Source: an uncultured Pseudomonadales bacterium
GTDB lineage: Bacteria; Patescibacteriota; Microgenomatia; UBA1400; PJMF01
Length of the DNA stretch: 64,000 bases
Direction: 5' to 3'
Assembly (NCBI GenBank): GCA_964404025.1
Contig: CAYOIJ010000001.1
Coordinates: forward strand, 22,685 to 86,684
Notes under the pieces: model-generated
Told to the model about the DNA's origin: nothing
Database searches by the model: none
The model's input: the letters and a program-made list of their open reading frames with translations, nothing else
Part shown: in pieces, positions 19,431-29,153 of the stretch
How positions within the stretch are numbered: the first letter of the stretch is position 1
Layout of the letters: each line of letters starts with the position of its first letter
Translations under genes and position numbers: made by a program

Positions 19431-19859
19431 TTAATTTACACCTGGAATAGTGAGTCTTAATAGGTCAAATTCACCACCAAACAGTAATTTACTCATAAAG
19501 CCTAGTAAAACAAAGGAGCTAACCAATAAAACCAAGCCAATAATGGCGTGAGTCATTTGATTGCGTGCTTTTTCAAGTTTGCTTGTATCTCCTCCTGAAG
19601 TAATCCAAGTGAAGGCTCCCATGAGAAAATAGGCGATAACAGCTAGTGAGCCAATAGTTATAGAAGCCCTCCACAGATAAACTGTATATTCAATAAATTT
19701 GCCACCACTGGTTACAGTGGCATCGTGTTGTCCAAGGTCACCAGTCACTGGGTTGTTAATTTGCGCCTGAACTATTTGTGGCTGAACGATGAAGCTTAAT
19801 AAAAGCAAATAAAAAAAACTTAGTTTTTGATACAGGTTTGAATATAAGATTTTTTTCAT
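19431..19859 (-). CDS. TrbC/VirB2-like pilin 4
   Basis: Signal peptide VQA-Q, INNPV, GAFTWITSGGDTSKLEKARNQMTHAIIGL. Confidence 0.85.
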   Translation of the reverse strand: MKKILYSNLYQKLSFFYLLLLSFIVQPQIVQAQINNPVTGDLGQHDATVTSGGKFIEYTVYLWRASITIGSLAVIAYFLMGAFTWITSGGDTSKLEKARNQMTHAIIGLVLLVSSFVLLGFMSKLLFGGEFDLLRLTIPGVN

Positions 19860-19865
19860 ATAAAT

Positions 19866-20255
19866 TTAACTGTTTCCAGGAATAATTTCTTGTATCATCT
19901 TGGCTGGCTCTAGTAAGTCTAAGCCTATAATGCCGCCAATAAGACCGATAATTGCATAAGTGGCAACAATTAAAATCAGGCCTAAAGTGCTCCAAACCAG
20001 ACGATCTTTGGCCTTTTCAACTTTGCCTGTGTCGCCGGCAGCGGTAATCCAGCTAAATGCAGCAATAAAAGCATAGACAATAAAAAATAAGGTACCCAAA
20101 ACAGTAATTACCCCGATAATGTCACTGATCCATAACTCTAGGGTTGACAATACAACAGTAGCGTCTTCTAAATTGGCTGGTTGACGAGCTTCACTAACTG
20201 GTTTTATTGAGCCAATATTGACATCTTTAGCAAGAAGAGTATTAATTTTTGACAT
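19866..20255 (-). CDS. TrbC/VirB2-like pilin 3
   Basis: AAFSWITAAGDTGKVEKAKDRLVWSTLGL. Confidence 0.85.
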   Translation of the reverse strand: MSKINTLLAKDVNIGSIKPVSEARQPANLEDATVVLSTLELWISDIIGVITVLGTLFFIVYAFIAAFSWITAAGDTGKVEKAKDRLVWSTLGLILIVATYAIIGLIGGIIGLDLLEPAKMIQEIIPGNS

Positions 20256-20263
20256 AATTTTAT

Positions 20264-20704
20264 TTATATTATTGGACTTGGTATTTTGGGGTTAATTATA
20301 AAGCTAGCATCACCAAATAGAATTAAACCGATAACAGCGGCGATGGTGTAAGAGGCAACAATGATAGCGAGCCCAACAACGCTTAGAGTAAGTTTGGAGC
20401 CAATTTTTTCTATAGCTCCTGAGTTGTCGGCACTAGTGATATAGGTAAAACCAGCTAAGATAAAATTAAGCATGGTCCACAATCCAGCCACAATTGAGAT
20501 CAGTTTAATCAAGTTAGAAAAGAAAAGAATAAGGCCAATACCACTATCTGATTGTTGATTTAACTCAGCCACGCCAGGAGGAGCATCAATATTACCAAAA
20601 ACAGAAGCGGGTTTAGCGCTTGGGGTTTGGGCAAAGGTTTGATTATTTAAAAAGATGCTTGATGCAATAAGTAGAAAAAGTAGTCCTAAAATTATTTTTT
20701 TCAT
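20264..20704 (-). CDS. TrbC/VirB2-like pilin 2
   Basis: Signal peptide TFA-Q, FGNIDAPPG, AGFTYITSADNS..IEK....TLSVVGL. Confidence 0.8.
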   Translation of the reverse strand: MKKIILGLLFLLIASSIFLNNQTFAQTPSAKPASVFGNIDAPPGVAELNQQSDSGIGLILFFSNLIKLISIVAGLWTMLNFILAGFTYITSADNSGAIEKIGSKLTLSVVGLAIIVASYTIAAVIGLILFGDASFIINPKIPSPII

Positions 20705-20733
20705 TTCAAATTTCCATTATACCTGGCTCTTTT

Positions 20734-21147
20734 TCAAAAGCCAATATCTGCTCCAGTAAATGTTTTGATTATTTGCATAATCCAATAAGCAGCGAAAATA
20801 ACTAAGAATCCGATGAGAGCCGAAGTCATGGTAGTTTTAGCTTTTTCTTTACTTTCTGACTCACTTCCGGCAATCATAGCTAAACCTGAAATAACGATCA
20901 TGGCAAAAAGAATTAAGCCAACTAAGACAAAGACAACTCTTACCAAAAGATTAACCATGTCTGCTGGCGTGCTAAAAACATCACTAACTTTTTGGCCGTC
21001 ACTAAGAACCAAGTATTCTGCAAGATCTATCTCAACAGCGTTAGTATCAGCTTGAGCTGTAAATTGAATGGATGAAAAATTAAAAATTAAAAAATTTGAA
21101 GCTAGAACTGACATTATTAATATAATTGTCATCAAGATTTTTTTCAT
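20734..21147 (-). CDS. TrbC/VirB2-like pilin 1
   Basis: Signal peptide AQA-D, SGLAMIAG...KEKAKTTMTSALIGF. Confidence 0.8.
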   Translation of the reverse strand: MKKILMTIILIMSVLASNFLIFNFSSIQFTAQADTNAVEIDLAEYLVLSDGQKVSDVFSTPADMVNLLVRVVFVLVGLILFAMIVISGLAMIAGSESESKEKAKTTMTSALIGFLVIFAAYWIMQIIKTFTGADIGF

Positions 21148-21197
21148 CAAAGCTAATTATAAAATAAAATTTTCTGATATGATAGGGTAGTTTGATC

Positions 21198-21755
21198 ATG
21201 AAGCGTTTTATCGGATTTACAGACGAGCGAGTTTTAGTTGAAGCCATCAAAAATGGTCATGAATTGGCCATCGAATATTGGTTTAAGCATTACTATAAAA
21301 AATTATTAACTCTAGCTTTACAAAAATTACCCAATTCAGCTGTAGCTGAAGAAATTGTGCAAGAAACCTTTGTTAATTGTTTGCGGGCAATCAACTTATT
21401 TAAGGGAAATAGTTCGTTGTTAACATACATGCAGAGTATTTTACGTCATGAAATTAATGATTTTTATCGTAAACGGTATGCAAAAAAATTTATCAAAACG
21501 ATTCCTCTCTCTGAGGTTTTTTTAGAGCATGAGTTTAAAGATGCTCATGAAACTGCTGTCATGGTTAAATTAGTTTTAAAAAAAATGGCTAGAAGATCTA
21601 GAGAGTTGCTAATGCAAAAATATGTAGATAAAAAAAGAGTAAAAGATTTGGCTCGAGAACTAGGTAGAACCGAAAAGGCTATCGAATCTGAATTGTTTAG
21701 GGCCAGAAAAGAATTTCGTTTGCTGTGGGCAAATATTAGTCAAACAATTGATTGA
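21198..21755 (+). CDS. ECF-type RNA polymerase sigma-70 factor
   Basis: Region 2 AEEIVQETF...FKGNSSLLTY...DFYRK; region 4 DLARELGRTEKAIESELFRARK. Confidence 0.9.
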   Translation: MKRFIGFTDERVLVEAIKNGHELAIEYWFKHYYKKLLTLALQKLPNSAVAEEIVQETFVNCLRAINLFKGNSSLLTYMQSILRHEINDFYRKRYAKKFIKTIPLSEVFLEHEFKDAHETAVMVKLVLKKMARRSRELLMQKYVDKKRVKDLARELGRTEKAIESELFRARKEFRLLWANISQTID

Positions 21756-21785
21756 TTAAAATATTGATTGAATTCAAAAAAACAC

Positions 21786-21995
21786 ATGCAGAAAAATAAC
21801 AATCAAGAATTTTTAAGAAAACTAAAGACAGAAGCTAAATTAATCAGTTCACTCGAAAAAGAAAAATTTATTCCTGACCAATTGAGTGTTTTAGCTAATT
21901 TTGTTGCCACCCACGCTTGGCAAATATTATTAATTTTAGCTTTTATTACATCTTTACTCTGGGAATTATTACTTTATCAGGGAAATAATGGATAA
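21786..21995 (+). CDS. small single-TM protein, candidate anti-sigma
   Basis: Charged helix plus C-terminal TM, directly after sigma, overlaps next ORF. Confidence 0.55.
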   Translation: MQKNNNQEFLRKLKTEAKLISSLEKEKFIPDQLSVLANFVATHAWQILLILAFITSLLWELLLYQGNNG

Positions 21996-22296
21996 GACGG
22001 GGATTGTTACATCAATGATTTATTCGCTGGGTCAAATTACTTTAGGTTTGTTTTTACACCCTTATCAGAGTATGCAAAACCTAGTCCGTGATCAGGTTTT
22101 TATACCACTAATGCTGTTGCCTACGCTTTTGGCAGGTCTGTTTTATGTTCTGTTTGCTTGGTGGTTGTTAGCCCTGTTTTATGATGGGTCAATAGTATTT
22201 AGATTGGTTTATCGTTCTTTTTTCTTTTTCTTTTTGTTTTGGCAAATTTTATTAGTTTATTTATTTTGGCGTTTTAAACGTGCTTTTAGTAATTAA
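21988..22296 (+). CDS. small multi-pass membrane protein
   Basis: Three hydrophobic segments, GLFLHPY motif, coupled to upstream ORF. Confidence 0.65.
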   Translation: MDKTGIVTSMIYSLGQITLGLFLHPYQSMQNLVRDQVFIPLMLLPTLLAGLFYVLFAWWLLALFYDGSIVFRLVYRSFFFFFLFWQILLVYLFWRFKRAFSN

Positions 22297-22316
22297 TTAT
22301 AAAATGATTTTAATTT

Positions 22317-23438
22317 ATGTTATTGCGTAAGTTAGCTCTGCAAAATTTTCGAAATTTTGCTAATCAAAGTTGGAGTTTTGATAAAACCACAATTATTGTT
22401 GGTGATAATGGTAGTGGTAAAACCTCTCTTATAGAAGCAATTAATCTTTTAGCTAGTGGTGATAGTTTTCGAGCTAGTCGCATTGAAGAAATGATTCGTT
22501 TGGGAGCTGAACTGGGTCGAGCACAGGCCCTTTTTGATTTAGAGGATTTTACTTTTGCAAATGAAGAGGCCAAACAAGCCAATAAAGAAATTCAAGATTT
22601 AGAGCAATTAAAATTAGAAATAATGCTTACCAGAGGCATGGTTGCTGGTAAAAAAAGCCAGTATCGTCTGTTTACTGTTAATGATATTAGGCGGCGGCGT
22701 GCTGATTTTGTTAAAAACTTATCGGTAGTGGTTTTTCGTCCTGAGGATTTACGTTTGGTGGAAGGTAGCCCCCGCCGCCGCCGCTTATTTCTTGATCAAA
22801 CTTTATCGATGTTAGATTGGGAATATCAACGATCTCTTCAGCAATACGAAAAAACCCTAAAACGTCGTAATTTATTGTTGCAAAAAGTTCGCGAAGGGGA
22901 AGAAGACAGGAGTATTTTGTCTTTTTGGAATTTGAATTTAGCCAAACAAGGTCAGTTTTTGCAGGGAGAGAGAAGTAAATTTATTGATTTTATTAGAGAA
23001 GTAATTTTTCCCTTTGAACTAAATATTGAATATTTACCCTCTTTAATTAGTGATGATCGTTTAACAAAGTATTTAAATAGAGAAATTGCTGCTGGGCACA
23101 GCTTGCTTGGACCTCACAAAGATGATTTTTTAGTTAAATTTTCTCTACCTGAAAAAGGAATTGAAGATTTGAGTCTACTAGCTTACGGTTCTCGGGGCCA
23201 GCAGCGCTTGGGAGTTTTATGGCTAAAAGTTGCAGAACTGCAATTTTTGCACAGTCAGATTGATTATCAACCGCTTTTACTTTTGGACGATATTATGTCT
23301 GAACTAGATGAAGATAGTAAGAAAATGGTTTTAGGCCTACTAAATAATTATCAAACTGTGGTGACTACAGCTGATGAGGATTTAGCGAACGAACTAGAAA
23401 AAAGCATTCAACTTAGTAAACTAATTAAATTATCTTAA
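22317..23438 (+). CDS. recF: DNA replication/repair protein RecF
   Basis: LQNFRN, GDNGSGKT, F.PEDL, GPHKDD, GSRGQQR, LLLLDDIMSELD. Confidence 0.96.
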   Translation: MLLRKLALQNFRNFANQSWSFDKTTIIVGDNGSGKTSLIEAINLLASGDSFRASRIEEMIRLGAELGRAQALFDLEDFTFANEEAKQANKEIQDLEQLKLEIMLTRGMVAGKKSQYRLFTVNDIRRRRADFVKNLSVVVFRPEDLRLVEGSPRRRRLFLDQTLSMLDWEYQRSLQQYEKTLKRRNLLLQKVREGEEDRSILSFWNLNLAKQGQFLQGERSKFIDFIREVIFPFELNIEYLPSLISDDRLTKYLNREIAAGHSLLGPHKDDFLVKFSLPEKGIEDLSLLAYGSRGQQRLGVLWLKVAELQFLHSQIDYQPLLLLDDIMSELDEDSKKMVLGLLNNYQTVVTTADEDLANELEKSIQLSKLIKLS

Positions 23439-23468
23439 AATAATGATTTTTGAATTTTTAATTATTCT

Positions 23469-23861
23469 TTAAGACGTCAGGGTATTGCCTTGTTCTTTTA
23501 ATTCATTAAACCAAGTAAATTGTTCTAAAACCCCCACCATGTATTCAGCTCTTGAATGATGAAATTGATGCAGTGAACTATTAAAACCCGATTGTAATTG
23601 TTTACAAATGGTCCTTGATTCTCTCAGAGCGATAACCAAGTCTAATATGAAGTCCAGATCTTTATCATACAGGTTTGTATCAATTTCATCTAATATTTTT
23701 TTAAAATCTAATAACGATACATTTTTATATCTATTAATAATAACTTGTGACGCACCCATGTTTATTTCTAAATTGGTTTTGGGATTTGTGTTTAAACTGG
23801 CGTTCTCCCGCTCGGTTTTATCAATATTAATAGATGAAGTTTTTATTTCTTTTTGACTCAT
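23469..23861 (-). CDS. hypothetical protein
   Basis: 130-aa ATG ORF filling the gap between recF and nnrD; no motif recognised. Confidence 0.55.
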   Translation of the reverse strand: MSQKEIKTSSINIDKTERENASLNTNPKTNLEINMGASQVIINRYKNVSLLDFKKILDEIDTNLYDKDLDFILDLVIALRESRTICKQLQSGFNSSLHQFHHSRAEYMVGVLEQFTWFNELKEQGNTLTS

Positions 23862-23965
23862 AATTTTCTAACTGTGCTGTGTTTGTATTTAAATTGCTGT
23901 TTATTAAAAATAATTTAAAATTATTTGCAGCAAACCTGCTCATTTTACTTTTTTTCTCTAATTTT

Positions 23966-24844
23966 TCAAGTTTTGTCTTGAATTGCTTGCCATAATACTT
24001 GGGGGATTTTTCCTACTAAATCACTAGTATTAAAATAAGGACCAACATTTTTATAGAGGGAATCTCCAGTTTTTTTATTAATATAGCTAGCAATAATAGC
24101 ACTCACTAAAGCCTCATTTTTGCAATAGAGAGCGGCTAATAATCCAGCTAAAACATCTCCTGTACCGCCTTTGGTCATGCCAGCATTACCTCCACTGATT
24201 GTAATTACCTTTACTTGCGGATAATTTTTTCCAGGAAAAATTTGATCAGTTTGGCCCTTCAACAAGCAAGTGGGCAGTGCCTGATATTTTTCAGGATTAA
24301 AGTCGTTGTTTTTCTTAATCAGGACCTCCATTTCTTGATGATGTGGTGTAATAATACAGTTGCTATTAAAAAGGTCAGGGTTAATCATTTGTAAGGCACC
24401 CGCATCAATCACCCATTTTTTCTCTGGATATTTACTCAGTAAATGATCGCTTAGTTGAGCAGTATAGGAACTTCTTTCCATCCCTGGTCCTAATAAAACG
24501 CAGTCAGCCTCTTTCAAATAAGTCTCAATTTCTTTACGACTAACAACAATTCCTTGCCAAAAATTAGCTTTTGCTTCTTGATTAAGTTTTTTATCTGATT
24601 CTCTTTTTTGCCATCGTTTAATTAATGTGTTGTTGCTAGGCACCGAGCTGTAGAAAACCATATCAACAATTTTGCTAGCAACATCAAGACTCCATTTGCT
24701 AGCAGCATGAAATAACTCTGAACCACCAATAATTAGTAGTTTGCCGTTTTGACCTTTATGAGAATTTTCTTTAGCAATTTCCAGCTTTTGAAAAGCTTCT
24801 TTAATTGCTTTTTGAGATTCTAGTGTCTGTTCCTGATTGTACAT
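23966..24844 (-). CDS. nnrD: NAD(P)H-hydrate dehydratase (YjeF C-terminal)
   Basis: SHKGQNGKLLIIGGS, LGPG, VIDAGAL, ITPH..E, KGGTGDVLAG. Confidence 0.92.
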   Translation of the reverse strand: MYNQEQTLESQKAIKEAFQKLEIAKENSHKGQNGKLLIIGGSELFHAASKWSLDVASKIVDMVFYSSVPSNNTLIKRWQKRESDKKLNQEAKANFWQGIVVSRKEIETYLKEADCVLLGPGMERSSYTAQLSDHLLSKYPEKKWVIDAGALQMINPDLFNSNCIITPHHQEMEVLIKKNNDFNPEKYQALPTCLLKGQTDQIFPGKNYPQVKVITISGGNAGMTKGGTGDVLAGLLAALYCKNEALVSAIIASYINKKTGDSLYKNVGPYFNTSDLVGKIPQVLWQAIQDKT

Positions 24845-24964
24845 GATGTTCTTATTCTACTATGTTTTGAAACTCTGTGTTTTACTTTTCCTTAAAATAA
24901 ATTTGCATAATTTGCAAAAATAACTCTTGTTTTAGCAATCAAACTATGCCAAAATATGACTTTA

Positions 24965-26068
24965 ATGTACGAGCCCCAATTTCAAATCAGCAACAACTTA
25001 TTGAGCTATATTTCTGCGATCGAATCAGCTAAAGCAGTAATTGATAATTCACCACTTGTGCCTGCTTGGGAAGCTAAATTTCGTGATGAAGCATTAGCTC
25101 GCAGTGTTCATTATGGCACCAGAATTGAGGGTAATGATTTAAGTGCTGCTCAAGCTGGGCAGGTTTTATCTTTAGAAAAAATTGATACTGTGCAATCAGT
25201 GCTTGATCAGACTGGCATAATTGCTCGTGAAAGAGATATTCAAGAAGTAATTAATTATCGCAATGTCTTGGCTTGGATAGACCAGCAGCCATTGTTAAAA
25301 AAAAGCCAAGATCAAGAAGATTCTTTACTCAATCTTGCAACCCTAAACCTATTGCACCGCTTAACAATGAACAATTTACTAGAAGAAGGTAGAATTGCTG
25401 TTTTGCGTGATAAGCAAGTTATTGTCAGAGGTGCAAGAGATGGACAGGTAGTTTTTCGTCCCCCAGTAGCTGCTGAAGTTCCATTTTTATTAGACGATCT
25501 TTTCACTTGGTTAAAGGGGGAAGAGAGTCAAAACTTACACCCAATTTTGCGAGCAGCAATTGTTCACTATCAACTAGTCTATATCCATCCCTATGTAGAG
25601 GGGAATGGTCGCACTGCTCGAGCTTTTGCTACTCTTGCTCTTTATGAGTCTGGCTATGATTTCAAGCGTTTTTTTTCAATTGAAGAGTATTTTGACAGCA
25701 ATGTTGACGCCTACTATCAAGCACTTTTATCTGTTCAGCAAAATGCTAAACACGATTTAACTTATTGGTTGGAGTATTTTGCCTATGGTTTGGCGCTGGA
25801 AATTGATAAGGTTAAACTAAAAGTAGCCAAGCTTTCACAAGATTTGAAGCTCAAGCGCGAGCTTGGACAGCAAGTAGCCCTATCTGAGCGACAAATTGTT
25901 TTATTAGAACTGCTACAAAATCAAGGGACTATGACCTCTGACGATGCCCAAAAAGTCTTACCCAATGTTTCGGTTGATACTATTCTGCGAGATCTTAAGG
26001 ACTTGATTGCCAAGGGTGTGGTTAAGAAACATGGGGTAACCAAGGGGGTTAGCTATAGTCTTAATTAA
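24965..26068 (+). CDS. Fic family protein with C-terminal DeoR-type HTH
   Basis: HPYVEGNGRTAR Fic motif; TRIEGN inhibitory-helix motif; VSVDTILRDL HTH; start ATG 24965 or 24956. Confidence 0.92.
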   Translation: MYEPQFQISNNLLSYISAIESAKAVIDNSPLVPAWEAKFRDEALARSVHYGTRIEGNDLSAAQAGQVLSLEKIDTVQSVLDQTGIIARERDIQEVINYRNVLAWIDQQPLLKKSQDQEDSLLNLATLNLLHRLTMNNLLEEGRIAVLRDKQVIVRGARDGQVVFRPPVAAEVPFLLDDLFTWLKGEESQNLHPILRAAIVHYQLVYIHPYVEGNGRTARAFATLALYESGYDFKRFFSIEEYFDSNVDAYYQALLSVQQNAKHDLTYWLEYFAYGLALEIDKVKLKVAKLSQDLKLKRELGQQVALSERQIVLLELLQNQGTMTSDDAQKVLPNVSVDTILRDLKDLIAKGVVKKHGVTKGVSYSLN

Positions 26069-26132
26069 TTTTTTTGGTGAATGTGACTTGGTTTTTCTCA
26101 CTGATTTGACATAATATGTTCGAAGGAATTTT

Positions 26133-27959
26133 ATGCTTTTTAATCGATTAACCCAATATTTGCTCAATTTAGAAAAACTTAGTTCTCGTCTGGAAATGAC
26201 AGAATTATTAGCTGAAGTTTTTAAAGAGCTTGGTGAAGAAGAAATCGCGCCAGCTAGTTATTTATTGCAAGGAGGTTTGGTCCCTAGCTATCAATCTCTA
26301 GAGTTTCAATTATCCAATAAAATGTTGGTGCGCTCTCTAGCCAATTTTTATCTTCGTTATGAAAATTCTCTAAAAGATAAAGGTCGAGAGCTATTTTCAG
26401 AGCAAAATTTGTTTGGCGCTGACAATCAAGAGCTAATTGTTAAGAGGTTAAACAAACAATACAAAGAAATGGGTGACTTGGGAGATTTGTTTTATCAAAC
26501 ATTAGATAATTTTTCAGAATTACTAAATAATGATAAAAATTTAAATATTTTGGAAGTTCATCAAAAACTAGAAGATATTGCCAGGGTTGGAGGACTAGGT
26601 TCTCAGGATAAAAAAATCAATCTTTTGGCTGATTTATTAAGTCAGGTTAGTCCCTTATCAGGTAAGTTTATAGCGCGGATTATTTTGGGGAAAATGCGTT
26701 TGGGTTTTTCTACTATGACCATGTTGGACGCATTGTCATGGGTAAAAACAGGGGACAAAAGTGAGTCTCCGGCTTTGGAGGAAGCTTTTCAAAAAAAAGC
26801 TGATTTTGGTTTGTTGGCAAAACTATATCTTTTTGAAAAAGATCTTAATGCTAAAGAATTAGCCAGTCGTTACAAAATGGAGCTGGGCATTCCAGTAGTG
26901 CCAGCACTATGCCAAAGACTGAATAGTTCTCAAGAAATTATTGATAAAATGGGTGAACTTATAGCTGAACCAAAATATGATGGTTTACGTATCCAAATCC
27001 ATCTCAATAAAGCTGGCTTTGCTGATGGTAGCCGATATAAAGCTTATACTCGCAATTTAGAAGAAGTATCAGCGATGTTTCCAGAATTAGATCAATTATT
27101 GGAAGAATTTCAGGGTGAAACAGCTATTTTAGATAGTGAGGCTGTCGGTATTAATCCTGATTCTGGGAAGTTTGTTGCTTTTCAAGAAACCATTTCTCGT
27201 AAACGTAAATATGAAGTTGATGCTAAAGCCTTGGAGTTACCCATTCGCTTTTATGTTTTTGATTTATTGTATTTGAATGATGAGTCTCTAATTGATGAGC
27301 AACTACTTGATCGTAAAAAAAAGCTCAGCAAGGCAATTAATGACTCACAAGTGGTTAAAATAACTGATTACCAAATTATCAGTGATCCAATTGTTTTAAC
27401 TAATTATCATGAAAAACAATTAGACCTTGGTTTAGAGGGCGCAGTAATGAAAAAACCAGAATCTGCTTATGTGGCTGGTCGTAAAGGTTGGCGTTGGGTA
27501 AAAATCAAGGAAGCTGAGGGTAAACGAGGTAAATTAAATGATACTCTTGACTGCATTATGATGGGTTATTATCGAGGCAAAGGTAAGAGACAAAGCTTTG
27601 GTATTGGGGCGCTGTTAGTTGGTGTTTTAGATGAAGTCAGTGGCAAAATTAAAACTTTATCTAAGATTGGTACTGGTTTAACTGATGAGCAATTTCGCAA
27701 AGTTAAGAATTTGGCAGATCAGCACTTGACCAGCAATCATGAGCCTAACTCAAAATATGATTTTAAAAAAGAATTGGCAGCTGATGTGTGGATTGAGCCA
27801 AAATTAGTCTTGGAAATTGCAGCTGATGAAATTTCCAAATCTCCGAGCCATACTGCTACGGTGGCCCTGCGCTTCCCTCGTTTGATAAAAATTAGGGGCG
27901 ACAAGGATTGGCAACAAGCAACTACCCTTCAGGAATTAAAAAATATTAGTCAGGCTTAA
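26133..27959 (+). CDS. lig: ATP-dependent DNA ligase (archaeal/eukaryal-type architecture)
   Basis: Motif I EPKYDGLR, ILDSE, FDLLY, EGAVMK, WVKIK, LRFPR; N-terminal DNA-binding domain. Confidence 0.95.
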   Translation: MLFNRLTQYLLNLEKLSSRLEMTELLAEVFKELGEEEIAPASYLLQGGLVPSYQSLEFQLSNKMLVRSLANFYLRYENSLKDKGRELFSEQNLFGADNQELIVKRLNKQYKEMGDLGDLFYQTLDNFSELLNNDKNLNILEVHQKLEDIARVGGLGSQDKKINLLADLLSQVSPLSGKFIARIILGKMRLGFSTMTMLDALSWVKTGDKSESPALEEAFQKKADFGLLAKLYLFEKDLNAKELASRYKMELGIPVVPALCQRLNSSQEIIDKMGELIAEPKYDGLRIQIHLNKAGFADGSRYKAYTRNLEEVSAMFPELDQLLEEFQGETAILDSEAVGINPDSGKFVAFQETISRKRKYEVDAKALELPIRFYVFDLLYLNDESLIDEQLLDRKKKLSKAINDSQVVKITDYQIISDPIVLTNYHEKQLDLGLEGAVMKKPESAYVAGRKGWRWVKIKEAEGKRGKLNDTLDCIMMGYYRGKGKRQSFGIGALLVGVLDEVSGKIKTLSKIGTGLTDEQFRKVKNLADQHLTSNHEPNSKYDFKKELAADVWIEPKLVLEIAADEISKSPSHTATVALRFPRLIKIRGDKDWQQATTLQELKNISQA

Positions 27960-29097
27960 TAGTTTTTGTATTTTCGTTAAGTTTATTTTTATTGAGATAT
28001 TGATCAATTTCTTTAATTAAGATATTTGCTGATTTTTGATTGTATTCTTTAAGTTTTTTTAGACTTATTTGGAATTTTTCAAGTTTTTGAGGTTTATCAA
28101 TGAGGTTTAGTAGTTTTTGATTAGCTGCTTTGGCTTTTTCTTCTACAAAGCCCAGTTTATATTCCTTAATAATTTCTAAATTACCAGCCTCTTGAGCAAT
28201 GTGGGTGATGGCAAAAAATGGAGTAAGAGTTGCCACACTTTCAAATAGGCTATTGGGGCCAGCTTTACCAATAATTAAATCGGCTACTTGCATGTAAAGA
28301 TGCAAGTCTTTGGTAAAAGTCAAAGGTGTTATAAGAGCTTTGGACTGACTAAACATGTTTAAACTTTTTTTAATACCTAAAATATTGTTGTAAAGACTAC
28401 GATTATTACCACAAGCAATAAAAACCCTTACAGGTTTGGGGCAATTAATGAGTGCAGCTAAAACTTTCAATATGGCTGCTGAACCATCGGAGCCTGAAGC
28501 GATTAAAAAAACCAAATTCTCTTTAATTTTTAATTTTTTTCTCACTTCTTTTTTTTGATAATTTTCTTCGAATTTTTTACCAATAAACCAACCAGAGGCT
28601 TTCGCCTGACAGAGTTTTTGATATTCTGCTAAATTTTTGTTTTCAAAAAAGAAATTAGCTTCAGCCTCATGAGCAATTTGCCAAGGATGAATAGTTCGTG
28701 GATCAGTAATGATATTAAGAAATGGAATATTCTTATTTTTTTTAATTTTTTCGAGAGCGGGGATGAAGGGAAAATAACAATTGACTGCTAAATCGATCTT
28801 TTTATCCTTAACAAAACGATTGGTTGGCTCATAAGTGTATTGAAAAAAGATATTAAAAATTAGTTTGCTTAGTTCTGCATCTTTTTCTATTGCTTTTACG
28901 GATAAATCATAGGGTAGTTTTAAGATGCTCGGTGCCAAGCGATAAAGAGATTCGTAAGCTGTTTCAAAAATTTGTTTGATATAAAATATCTCTACTCTAT
29001 ATCGATCTCCCGCTTGGTGCTCAATTTTTTCTTTAATTGCTTCAGCAATGCTTTGATGACCTTGTTTGGTGCTGAAAATACCAATGTTTTTTTTCAT
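27946..29097 (-). CDS. MGDG-synthase/UgtP-like glycosyltransferase (GT28)
   Basis: GHQSIAEA, IITD, ACGNN, MQVADLIIGKAG, QEAGN. Confidence 0.85.
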   Translation of the reverse strand: MKKNIGIFSTKQGHQSIAEAIKEKIEHQAGDRYRVEIFYIKQIFETAYESLYRLAPSILKLPYDLSVKAIEKDAELSKLIFNIFFQYTYEPTNRFVKDKKIDLAVNCYFPFIPALEKIKKNKNIPFLNIITDPRTIHPWQIAHEAEANFFFENKNLAEYQKLCQAKASGWFIGKKFEENYQKKEVRKKLKIKENLVFLIASGSDGSAAILKVLAALINCPKPVRVFIACGNNRSLYNNILGIKKSLNMFSQSKALITPLTFTKDLHLYMQVADLIIGKAGPNSLFESVATLTPFFAITHIAQEAGNLEIIKEYKLGFVEEKAKAANQKLLNLIDKPQKLEKFQISLKKLKEYNQKSANILIKEIDQYLNKNKLNENTKTIKPD

Positions 29098-29153
29098 CTC
29101 TTGCATTATAACTGTAAAAACTTTAAAAGGGATAAAATGTTAGAATAGAGCTT

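Noticed and set aside
23608-23856. 82-aa plus-strand ORF
   Set aside because: Antisense to the longer 23469..23861 ORF, with less protein-like composition
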